DNA of 31,562 nt from a virus: UHGV virus genome UHGV-0208736, one strand, 5' to 3'. A program made the translations under genes and the position numbers. This document shows, piece after piece, positions 23,031 through 31,550 of the stretch. Numbering within the stretch: the first letter of the stretch is position 1; every line of letters begins with the position of its first letter. Below the pieces are notes generated by a model that was not told the DNA's origin, searched no databases, and saw nothing but the letters and a program-made list of their open reading frames with translations.

Positions 23031-24185
23031 TTAGTATGTTGATTTGGGGTTCATATCTCGCAGCATTTCAACAGGTATACTTATACGGGACACCTCGCCG
23101 TATCGTTTATGGTATGTAATCACATTTGCGCTCCTGCCGGAATAATAGCCGCCTTTACTAGAATACTCATCTTTAGCCGCTAATGTCTGGTGTTGCTCAA
23201 CAATTAGAAGATTAGTCTCTTTAACCGCCCTGTGATGAAGGTGGCCCGTATGGACATATGTGAACTTACACTGCCCGTACATCTCACGATACTTACCAAT
23301 TATAGACTGCTCTACCCTAGTAAAGTTAGAGCAATGCCCGTGGTGCGCCGAAATCATACAATCCCCGAACTTGTACGCATAATACGGCGATACCTCCCGG
23401 TTAACCTCAACACGAGGCTCGTTTGTGTACACCTCATAGAACATCTCTCTGAGCCACAGAGAAGAACTAAGGTCGTGGTTTCCCTCGCAAATAAGAAGTT
23501 TAACCTTCTTGTGTTTTCGCAGGCACAGCGAGACCGCCAGCTTGATAACCTTAACGGCTGTACGTATCATTTTAAACAGGCGACTATCCGCTGAAAGAAT
23601 ATGGCCGCTCATAGGGGTCATTGCCTTCATGCCATCGTAGTGCATCTGGTCCCCTAAGAAGTTAATGATACACTCCCCGCTCTGCGGACTCATACAAACC
23701 GCACTGTTGAACCAGTCAACTGCGAGAGATTCCGCAATTGTGGTGTCGTAATCATCTCCGCCTTCTTCTTGACACGCCAGCATACCGATGTGATGGTCCG
23801 TTATTGTGTAAAGATTTAATAAGTCGTCATCTGTGTCATTTTTAAGCAAAGTGGCCGGTTTATACTTAGGTAAATCTTTTTTCATCTCGTCCACAACGGC
23901 TTTCATCAATTCGACCTGACGTTCAGCGTCGGTGTCAGTCTTAACCCATTGCAGCTTAGTGTTGCCGAACTCGTCCACAAGTGACGACGTCCCTTTAATC
24001 TTGTATCCATCTGGCACAAGGTGACTAACGTCTCGCCCGTGACCTACGCCTTTCTTTGCCAGCTTCGCCTTACGGATACGAATAACGCGGTCTGAGATGC
24101 CGTATTTACGGGCTATATCGATATTCTTCATCCCGGCATTCAATTCTTCCTGTAACTGCTCATCGGTTATTTTCTTCTGGGCCAT
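23031..24185 (-). CDS. HTH-fused calcineurin-like metallophosphoesterase (Mre11/SbcD- or class III phosphodiesterase-like motif set)
   Basis: 384 aa; N-terminal HTH IDIARKYGISDRVIRIRKAKL; complete phosphoesterase motif series TDHH (DxH), FLGDQMHYDG (GD), ICEGNHD (GNHD), SAHHGH, HTGHLHH (GHxH); SD GAGGA. Confidence 0.65.
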   Translation of the reverse strand: MAQKKITDEQLQEELNAGMKNIDIARKYGISDRVIRIRKAKLAKKGVGHGRDVSHLVPDGYKIKGTSSLVDEFGNTKLQWVKTDTDAERQVELMKAVVDEMKKDLPKYKPATLLKNDTDDDLLNLYTITDHHIGMLACQEEGGDDYDTTIAESLAVDWFNSAVCMSPQSGECIINFLGDQMHYDGMKAMTPMSGHILSADSRLFKMIRTAVKVIKLAVSLCLRKHKKVKLLICEGNHDLSSSLWLREMFYEVYTNEPRVEVNREVSPYYAYKFGDCMISAHHGHCSNFTRVEQSIIGKYREMYGQCKFTYVHTGHLHHRAVKETNLLIVEQHQTLAAKDEYSSKGGYYSGRSANVITYHKRYGEVSRISIPVEMLRDMNPKSTY

Positions 24186-24223
24186 GCTTGCGTCCTCGTG
24201 TTTAGGATTTGTCCTATACTAGC

Positions 24224-24415
24224 TCACTTCTCTTTAACGTTCGAGTTGCAAGCCCAGATTAAAATAAATACCCACGGCAGCAGAACCCAGCCAAGAAACA
24301 GATTAGCAGTGAATATCGCTAATTTCGCTTTATGGTCACGGAAGTATGCAACCAGGAAAGGCGCGAAATAAGCGAGCAGTGCAAACAGAATTAAGGAAAC
24401 TGGTAAACTGGACAT
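24224..24415 (-). CDS. superinfection-immunity-like small membrane protein (63 aa from ATG 24415)
   Basis: MSSLPVSLILFALLAYFAPFLVAYFRDHKAKLAIFTANLFLGWVLLPWVFILIWAC; two TM segments around a basic loop and an NLFLGW motif resembling the Imm/superinfection-immunity family (from memory); SD AAGGGG upstream of Met29 of the track ORF. Confidence 0.55.
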   Translation of the reverse strand: MSSLPVSLILFALLAYFAPFLVAYFRDHKAKLAIFTANLFLGWVLLPWVFILIWACNSNVKEK

Positions 24416-24432
24416 TTTAAACCCCTTCATTG

Positions 24433-24489
24433 TTGGTGTAAGTGAATAGTACCCTATTATATTGGGGTGCGCAAGTAATGTGATAGAAT
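24433..24489. promoter_or_regulatory. divergent promoter region: plus-strand TTGGTG-N16-TATTAT and TTGGGG-N16-TAGAAT; minus-strand TATAAT (plus 24456-24461) for the accessory island
   Basis: Seen directly; located in the 167-bp gap between the island and the tail chaperone gene; the minus -35 (ATCACA) is weak. Confidence 0.35.
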
Positions 24490-24582
24490 AATTTTGCACC
24501 TAGTGTCGCACACGAAAAGCGGGTGGTTCCCGTCTGGTGCATTTACCGTTAACCTGTAACCTCTTAACCAAAGGATTAAAGA

Positions 24583-24999
24583 ATGAAACTTTCAGATTTT
24601 TATTTCGAAGAGAAAGCACTGGTAGGCAAGAAGATGCCGATTCTGCTTCCAAACGGCGAAGACTCAGGGGAGTGGCTTAACGTTGTAAACCCTGATGCGG
24701 ATGTCGCCGTTAAAGCGGGGCGCGCTTTCATTATTGCGTACCGTCGCGGACTGGCGCGTTTCGAAGAACTGGAAAAAGCCGCCAAAGATTCCGGCGACTA
24801 TACTGAATATAACCTGGCGGTCAACGAACTGGCGGAAGACCTCAACCGGCAACTTGCAGCAGAAGTCGTAAACGGCTGGAGCTTTGATGAGCCTTTCTCT
24901 AAGGAAGCGTTTAACAAATTGCTGGACCAGTTCAAGGCCTTAGGCACACAGGTAGCAGCGTTCCATAACGCCGAGCGCAAAGCATTACAGGAAAAGTAG
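24583..24999 (+). CDS. tail assembly chaperone (gpG-like)
   Basis: 138 aa acidic protein directly upstream of tape measure gene; SD AAGGA; ends at slippery GGAAAAG-TAG. Confidence 0.55.
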   Translation: MKLSDFYFEEKALVGKKMPILLPNGEDSGEWLNVVNPDADVAVKAGRAFIIAYRRGLARFEELEKAAKDSGDYTEYNLAVNELAEDLNRQLAAEVVNGWSFDEPFSKEAFNKLLDQFKALGTQVAAFHNAERKALQEK

Positions 25000-25364
25000 A
25001 CGCGCTGTACAGGTTCGCCACCTACGAGTTTGTGGATAAGCATAAAATCAGAGAGTTTGATTCTATAGCTGACGGGCACGAACAGGCGCTTATCGCGATG
25101 GGTGTAATCGATAAGAAAAAACGTGCAGCGCGACGGGGTGGGCCAGAATGCCCGCCCCTTTTTATATCCACCTTTGAAACGTACTGTGACATTAAGTTTA
25201 CGCGACACGTGCGCGAGGACGCTGTAGTATTGTTTGCAAGAGAATCCGTTACGTGGCAAGACCTGAAAGCCTATCTCGATGTTACGCAAAAACAGCTTAG
25301 CCTGTTCGAGATAGACATTATCATGGGCTTAGAAGCAATCTTTGAAGGTAGAAATCATGGCTGA
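24969..25364 (+). CDS. tail assembly chaperone frameshift extension (gpT-like portion of a G-T fusion), -1 frame
   Basis: The -1 frame is open from 24969 to 25364, overlapping the last 10 codons of the G gene; no good in-frame ATG/SD of its own (the track start is GTG at 25032). Confidence 0.45.
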   Translation, partial: RRAQSITGKVDALYRFATYEFVDKHKIREFDSIADGHEQALIAMGVIDKKKRAARRGGPECPPLFISTFETYCDIKFTRHVREDAVVLFARESVTWQDLKAYLDVTQKQLSLFEIDIIMGLEAIFEGRNHG

Positions 25365-27630
25365 TACCGCTAGCTTGATAGTACGAGTATCATCGACCGG
25401 CGTCGATAAAACCACATCACAACTGAACGGGCTTACCAAAGCCGCTGGCGCTGCCGCTGCTGCCGTTGTCAGTCTGGAAACCGCTAAGCAGGTGTTCAGC
25501 GCGCTGGTGGACTCCCAGCGCAACTTCGATAAGCTGAACTCCGGCCTCATCACGATGACCGGGAGCGCAGAGAACGCGGCTAAAGCTTTCAGCGTCCTGC
25601 AACAGTTCGCAAAAGAAACACCATACGGACTTAATCAGGCGGTGGAAGGCTTTACTAAGCTGGTGGCTCTTGGTCTGAACCCCAGCAAAGAGGCATTAAT
25701 CTCCTACGGCAACACCGCGGCCGCCATGGGTAAAGACCTTAATCAGATGATTGAGGCAGTTGCCGACGCCAGTACCTTTGAGTTTGAGCGACTAAAAGAG
25801 TTTGGCATCAAGTCGTCGCAACAGGCGGATACAGTGTCGTTCACGTTCCGCGGCGTTACCACCACGGTTAAAAAGAACTCCGAAGAGATTCAGAAATACC
25901 TCCTGAACATCGGTAACACTGATTTCGCCGGGGCGATGGAGACGCGCTCGAAGACATTAGACGGTCAGTTATCCAGCCTCGCCGACTCCTTCGATGGCCT
26001 TGTTCTCGCCGTAGCGCAGTCTGGTTTTGGTGACGCCGTAGGTGAGCAAGCGGCCACAGCGGAAGACGCTATCACGGCGCTTACCGACGCCATCGCGTCT
26101 AATGAGATAGCCGCCACGCTCCAGGATTGGGTAACGTTGTTCAATGAGTCATTCAAGTTTATTTCCGACGCCTTGAATGACCTGGCATTCGATACCGAGG
26201 ACAAATCCGTTGATATGTCTGACTCGCTGGGGACTATACCGGATGCCATCCGTGAGTGGCTGCCGGACATCCAGCAGACATTTCACGAGGTTATTGCGTG
26301 GTTCCAGCGCATTGACGATTACGCCGTAGCGCTTGGCCAGACCCTCGCCGATGTGTTTGACCCGAGCAAAACGGCAGCGCTCACATTTAAAAAACTGACT
26401 GCAGAGGCTGATGCCGCATACGACGCCAGCATAAAACGCGCAGAGGCAGAATCACAGGCCATTACCAACAGGTCTAAGCAGCGTAAGAAAGAAATTGAGG
26501 AACAGCGCAAGCAGTATGACGAGCGCAAGAAGCAAGAAATTGACTTAGCCAGCCTTGTTAATAAAAAGGGCGGAACTGGTGGGGCGGGGACAACCGACGA
26601 TAAAGCAGCAAAAGCCGCCGCCAAGAAAGCAGAGCAATTGCGTAATCAGGCGCAAGACTACCTCGACACTTTGGCCCGTCAGAACAACGACGAGTTAAAG
26701 GCTATTGACGCGCAGGAACAGCAGAAACTGGCTAAAGCAAAAGAGTTCTACAGCCAGGGCGCGCTGTCGCTGAAAGAATACGAGCAAGCAAAAACGGCTA
26801 TCGTCCTTGAAGCTGGACAAAAACGACAAGATGAACTGGATAAACGCCAGAAAGAAGCTCAGGAAAAGCAGCAGAAAGGCGACGACTTCATGGCTCAGAT
26901 TATGGGCCAGAACGCCACTGAGCTTGAGCTTCTCGACATCCAGGAACAGCAGAAACTGGCGGTCGCCGATAAATACCGCGAACAGGGGCTGATTAACGAG
27001 GAACAGTATCAGGCGGCACTTAACGCTATCAACGAGCAATACGCAACCAAGCGTGCCGACGCAACGGCAACCGCCTTTGGTAATATGGCCTCAAACATCG
27101 GGTCCGCGTTGGGTGAGGCTTCTGGTGCGTATAAGGCATTCGCTATTGTGCAAGCCACTATCGCCACGTACACCGCAGCTATTGAAGCATATAAGTCAAC
27201 GGCCGCTATCCCTGTAGTTGGCCCGTTCCTGGCCCCCGTAGCCGCTGCCGCTGCCGTTGGGGCTGGGATGGCGCAGATTTCCGCTATCAGGTCTGCGCGT
27301 GAACAGGGCGGCCAGCTATCAGCGGGGCAGGCTTCCACCATCGCTGAACGTGGTAAACCAGAAGTTATCATGCCCGCTAGCGCATCACGTGTACGCACAG
27401 CACAGCAAATGAAAGAAATTATGGGGCAAAACGGGTCTTCTTCCGGACCGTCTAATGTTACCATCGTAAACAACACGAGTTCTCAAATCGGCAACGTATC
27501 CACTGAGCAAGACGATGAGGGGCGTCTTCGTATCATCATCGAAGAGCAAGTTGCCGCATCTTTGCAGAACAGCAACAGTAAGATTAGCAAGGCCCGCAAG
27601 GCCACAAGAAACGCGCCGGGGTTCAAGTAA
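25357..27630 (+). CDS. tail tape measure protein
   Basis: 757 aa from ATG 25357; long Ala/Gln/Lys/Glu-rich coiled-coil; hydrophobic Gly/Ala-rich segment (AIPVVGPFLAPVAAAAAVGAGMAQ); internal in-frame repeats; follows G/GT. Confidence 0.8.
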   Translation: MADTASLIVRVSSTGVDKTTSQLNGLTKAAGAAAAAVVSLETAKQVFSALVDSQRNFDKLNSGLITMTGSAENAAKAFSVLQQFAKETPYGLNQAVEGFTKLVALGLNPSKEALISYGNTAAAMGKDLNQMIEAVADASTFEFERLKEFGIKSSQQADTVSFTFRGVTTTVKKNSEEIQKYLLNIGNTDFAGAMETRSKTLDGQLSSLADSFDGLVLAVAQSGFGDAVGEQAATAEDAITALTDAIASNEIAATLQDWVTLFNESFKFISDALNDLAFDTEDKSVDMSDSLGTIPDAIREWLPDIQQTFHEVIAWFQRIDDYAVALGQTLADVFDPSKTAALTFKKLTAEADAAYDASIKRAEAESQAITNRSKQRKKEIEEQRKQYDERKKQEIDLASLVNKKGGTGGAGTTDDKAAKAAAKKAEQLRNQAQDYLDTLARQNNDELKAIDAQEQQKLAKAKEFYSQGALSLKEYEQAKTAIVLEAGQKRQDELDKRQKEAQEKQQKGDDFMAQIMGQNATELELLDIQEQQKLAVADKYREQGLINEEQYQAALNAINEQYATKRADATATAFGNMASNIGSALGEASGAYKAFAIVQATIATYTAAIEAYKSTAAIPVVGPFLAPVAAAAAVGAGMAQISAIRSAREQGGQLSAGQASTIAERGKPEVIMPASASRVRTAQQMKEIMGQNGSSSGPSNVTIVNNTSSQIGNVSTEQDDEGRLRIIIEEQVAASLQNSNSKISKARKATRNAPGFK

Positions 27631-28130
27631 TGAGCGACTTATTTTTTCCACGTAGCCTTAAGCCTATCGTATCGAAAGGCTACTCGATGACCAGACGTAA
27701 CAACGTCTGGAGTGTCGATTTAGCCGGTGGCGGTGTGCGTCAGGGTCGTGACACGTATTACGACGTGTTCCCGATAAGCGTAACTCTGGTTACATCAGCG
27801 TTAGGGCGGCAGGCGTTTCTGTCGTTCCTTGAGAAAGTAGACGGCGGTGCGTCAAGTTTCTGGATGGCGCACGACTTCGGCATGGGTATCGAAGATTACC
27901 AGGTAACAATCACGTCCACCATCGCGGAATCCACCGAAGACGGCATTAATTGGACGATTTCTTTCACAGCAACCGCGGAGAAATCACCGTTTCAGGATGA
28001 AGATAACCATTGCCTTGTTAACAATCTGCCGGATTTGTATGGTTGCTATGGTGACGGGCTGGGATGCTTCCTTAAAGCCTACGGAACCGCGCAATCAACG
28101 TTTCCACGAATTTGGGACCCGATGCAATGA
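27630..28130 (+). CDS. minor tail protein, gpM-like
   Basis: 166 aa; ISVTLVTSALGRQAFLSFLEKVDGGASSFWM parallels the lambda gpM pattern (SVTLSV...FLEEHGGWKSFLW, from memory); first gene after tape measure. Confidence 0.5.
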   Translation: MSDLFFPRSLKPIVSKGYSMTRRNNVWSVDLAGGGVRQGRDTYYDVFPISVTLVTSALGRQAFLSFLEKVDGGASSFWMAHDFGMGIEDYQVTITSTIAESTEDGINWTISFTATAEKSPFQDEDNHCLVNNLPDLYGCYGDGLGCFLKAYGTAQSTFPRIWDPMQ

Positions 28131-28642
28131 GCCAGGAATCAGTAGAAGCAGCCTATCGCCGTAAGCTGGCCTCGAACCCCGACGGCGAGATGGACTACAT
28201 CACGTTGCAAATCAGCCACCCGTTACTATCGAAGACGTACTATCTTGTGCGCGGGTTGCAAGAACTTACGGCAACGCTAGAGACGGGCGAAACCATCACA
28301 TTCGAACCTACCCCGATGGAAGCGTCGGGGGCCGCTAACAACAGTGATATGGACCAGACGACGACGTTTACTTTACCGGATATCCTCAATCAACTTGATG
28401 ATGAGATGGGCAAAATCCCGATGAGTAATACTGAGCTGCCGAAGTTCGTCTTCCGCCGTTATGTCAGCACCGACCTGTCTTATCCCGCTGACGGTCCTGT
28501 CGTGTACGAGTTGCAGGCCATCAACCAGGAGAAGGGAGAGTTCTCCGCGGATGTTGGTACACCTATGCTGAACCAACGAAGCACTGGTATACTGATGACA
28601 CCTAAAGAGATACCGTTATTACGCGGCCTGTTGACCACATGA
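28127..28642 (+). CDS. minor tail protein, gpL-like
   Basis: 171 aa from ATG 28127 (ATGA overlap with upstream stop); position between gpM-like and gpK-like genes. Confidence 0.45.
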   Translation: MSQESVEAAYRRKLASNPDGEMDYITLQISHPLLSKTYYLVRGLQELTATLETGETITFEPTPMEASGAANNSDMDQTTTFTLPDILNQLDDEMGKIPMSNTELPKFVFRRYVSTDLSYPADGPVVYELQAINQEKGEFSADVGTPMLNQRSTGILMTPKEIPLLRGLLTT

Positions 28643-29004
28643 ATATTAACGACTACACGGGCATACCTTACGACTTTCGCAAACGCAATTGCTGGCATCA
28701 CGTGCGCATTGTTCGCGCAGATGCAGGATTAGAAACCCCGGCGTTCGACGTTACAAGCCCAACGGCGATTAACGAAGCGTTTGATGAAGGGCATCGCAAC
28801 ACGAAGGGGCTTACAAAGATTGATAATCCTGAAAACTTATGTGCGGTGCTTATGGGGTATCGCCGCGGTGGTCGTATCGTGTGGCATGCAGGAGTTTACT
28901 TCGACGGGATGGTGAGTCATTGTGAGCTTGCCTCCCGTCAGGTACGGCTTGACAGGCTGGCGGACCTAAGAGACACGTACACGGAGATTGAATTTTGGCG
29001 ATAA
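28639..29004 (+). CDS. tail assembly protein with NlpC/P60-type peptidase motifs (gpK-like)
   Basis: 121 aa; candidate Cys/His catalytic residues in NCWHHV, WHAGVYF and SHCE. Confidence 0.5.
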   Translation: MNINDYTGIPYDFRKRNCWHHVRIVRADAGLETPAFDVTSPTAINEAFDEGHRNTKGLTKIDNPENLCAVLMGYRRGGRIVWHAGVYFDGMVSHCELASRQVRLDRLADLRDTYTEIEFWR

Positions 29005-31550
29005 TCCTGCACTACACGCGAAACGCTGATGGCGCTTTCGACCGTACAAAACACGTCGGGATGCCGATGGAATTTGTCGTTAACCGTATCCCGGACGGCG
29101 TGCCTGTGCGCGTCTACCTCGGCGAAATTGGTGACGATACAGATGTAACTGACGATTTCTACGCGCTTAAAGATGAAGACGCCGTGTACCACGTTATTGA
29201 GGGCGCAGGTAGCGGGGCGCTTGGTGCCGTTAGTAAGGTGTTCGGTTTTATCCTTAAACCAATTGCTAAGTTGTTTGGGCTTAGCCAGACGTCTAACGCC
29301 AACTACACGGCGACAAATAATCAGACAACATCGCCTAATAACAGTCTCACAGACCGCTCAAACAAGCCGCGTCCTTACGAGCGCTCTTATGACATTTGCG
29401 GAACTGTGCAGACAATCCCCAACGACCTGATGCAGACGTATAAGGCGTTCAACTCCACGGGTGCTTTGCTGGAGTATTCGTACTACGACGCGGGGCGCGG
29501 GCATCTGCATATTGAGGCTGACGGCGTCACGGAAGGCGACACCCTGATAAGCGACATCACAGGTTCCTCTGTTGCCGTGTATGCCCCGTACACGTCACCT
29601 AACAATACCACATCCCCGCAACTACAAATCGGCGACGTCATTGACCAGAAACTCTATGTAACATACTCCAACGACGACGTTGACGGTATTGTGTTGAAAG
29701 CGCCAAACGATATCGGAGCTAATCCAAGCGCCGGCGGCACCGCCAAACGTATTTCAACCACCGGCTACCTATACGACCCGTCTGGTGACTCTGCTTTTTC
29801 TGAGTTTCTTAGTGTTGGTGATGTCGCAGTGCTGAGCAATTTTGACGTTAAGGACGTCACTAACCTGAACGGCTCATTTGAGGTTTTATATGTCGACGAC
29901 TTCGAGGTTCGGTTGTACGTCGGGAATATAGGAAATTGGGGAAACCTTAATAGCGGAGAGACTTACGCGCTTACAGAGCGTTCAGATGCGTTCATTGGCC
30001 CGAGCAACACCTATGACGTATCCCTTACTGACTGGTATTACATGGTTCGCGGAGAGGTCGACCGTGTGCTTGCTAACGTTGCGGGGCAAAACGGCCTCTA
30101 CAAATACGACGGCGGCTATAACCGCACCAGCGTAACCGTAGAACTCCAGTACCAGATGATTGACTCCCAACGCAACCCTTTGAGCGACATTTACACGGTA
30201 CGGGCTACAATTACGGGCAATAATACCGATTACGTCGGTACGTCTATCTACGGGCAGTTGCCTACGGCATCGCGTTTCCGCGCCCGTATGCGCCGTATAA
30301 CGAATTTCGATAAAGACTACGACGGAACGGTAAGCGACGAGATAACGTTCATCAACCTGTACGGGCAGTCTCTGGACACAACCCCGCATTACGGCAACCG
30401 AACTACCGTACATTGCGCCCGTAAACAGACGCCACGTGCCGCAAGTATCGACAACCCGGAACTGCGCATGATTGCAACCGAGATGTGCTTCAAATACTTA
30501 GGCAATGGGGTATTCGATACAGTAATGACCCCGAACACGCAGGCCGTGCAGTCCCTAATTCGACTGGCGCGCGACCCCGCGGTGGGTAATCTGGAACTGA
30601 CAACGGCAAACATGGATAAGTTGCTTGCCGTGCAGGAAGAGATTGAGTCCTATTTCGGAAGTGAGTTAGCTGGTCAGTTCTGCTACACGTTCGACGACTA
30701 CGACACAACCATGCAAGACATCGTTCAGACCGTAGCGGAAGCTGTGTTCTGTACTGCGTACCGTAAAGGTGCGGATATTATGCTGCGATTCGACCGTCCG
30801 GTTGCTGGGCCAGAGATGGTGTTCACCCACCGCAGTAAGACGACCGGAACGGAGAAATGGACACGCACGTTCAATGATTCTACTACCTACGATAGTCTGT
30901 CTTTCTCGTACATCGACCCGGATACGAACGTACAGGAAACTATTTATATCCCGGAAGAACTCGGTACCAACACCGAGGAATACGAATCAAAGGGTGTACG
31001 TAACTATCAGCAGGCATATTGGCTGGCGTGGCGTCGCTACCAGCGCAATACATTAAGTAAAGTTGTTGTAGAGTTCGAAGCTACGGAAGAAGGCGCTCTT
31101 GCCACCCCCGGAGGGGTAATCAGCGTGGTTAAAGGTTCACGTATTGCACCCCAAGACGGCTATGTTGTTGCCGTTAATGGGCTTACACTTACGCTATCCC
31201 AACCTGTTACGTTTACCCCCGGAGACGACCACTCCATCATTCTTAAGAAGCGCGACGGCTCAGTACAGAGTATCTCCGTTATCAAAGGAAGTCACGACCG
31301 CGAAGTGATTATGCTCTCCGCGCCGGAGGAGGCAATCTACACGGGGAATAGCGCGCTAAAAACTGAGTTTTCATTCGGCAACGAAGCAAGGCATAATGCT
31401 CAGAAGATAGTTGTTTCTTCAATCGACCCGGGCGACGACCGCACGGTCAAGATTACAGGCTACAACTATGACGACGGATTCTATAAATACGACGGCGTCG
31501 CGCCATACGGCAGCGGTTTCTCCGACGGATTCAGCAATGGCTTTAATTAA
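28995..31550 (+). CDS. central tail fibre / host-specificity protein (gpJ-like) with gpI-like N-terminal segment; start codon uncertain (TTG 28995 with GGAG SD, or ATG 29061)
   Basis: 851 aa; N-terminal DEDAVYHVIEGAGSGALGAVSKVFGFIL parallels the lambda gpI motif (DGAVIHIVPRVAGAKSGGVFQIVLG, from memory); remaining ~700 aa large tip protein; ends at TAA 31548-31550. Confidence 0.6.
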   Translation: MAIILHYTRNADGAFDRTKHVGMPMEFVVNRIPDGVPVRVYLGEIGDDTDVTDDFYALKDEDAVYHVIEGAGSGALGAVSKVFGFILKPIAKLFGLSQTSNANYTATNNQTTSPNNSLTDRSNKPRPYERSYDICGTVQTIPNDLMQTYKAFNSTGALLEYSYYDAGRGHLHIEADGVTEGDTLISDITGSSVAVYAPYTSPNNTTSPQLQIGDVIDQKLYVTYSNDDVDGIVLKAPNDIGANPSAGGTAKRISTTGYLYDPSGDSAFSEFLSVGDVAVLSNFDVKDVTNLNGSFEVLYVDDFEVRLYVGNIGNWGNLNSGETYALTERSDAFIGPSNTYDVSLTDWYYMVRGEVDRVLANVAGQNGLYKYDGGYNRTSVTVELQYQMIDSQRNPLSDIYTVRATITGNNTDYVGTSIYGQLPTASRFRARMRRITNFDKDYDGTVSDEITFINLYGQSLDTTPHYGNRTTVHCARKQTPRAASIDNPELRMIATEMCFKYLGNGVFDTVMTPNTQAVQSLIRLARDPAVGNLELTTANMDKLLAVQEEIESYFGSELAGQFCYTFDDYDTTMQDIVQTVAEAVFCTAYRKGADIMLRFDRPVAGPEMVFTHRSKTTGTEKWTRTFNDSTTYDSLSFSYIDPDTNVQETIYIPEELGTNTEEYESKGVRNYQQAYWLAWRRYQRNTLSKVVVEFEATEEGALATPGGVISVVKGSRIAPQDGYVVAVNGLTLTLSQPVTFTPGDDHSIILKKRDGSVQSISVIKGSHDREVIMLSAPEEAIYTGNSALKTEFSFGNEARHNAQKIVVSSIDPGDDRTVKITGYNYDDGFYKYDGVAPYGSGFSDGFSNGFN

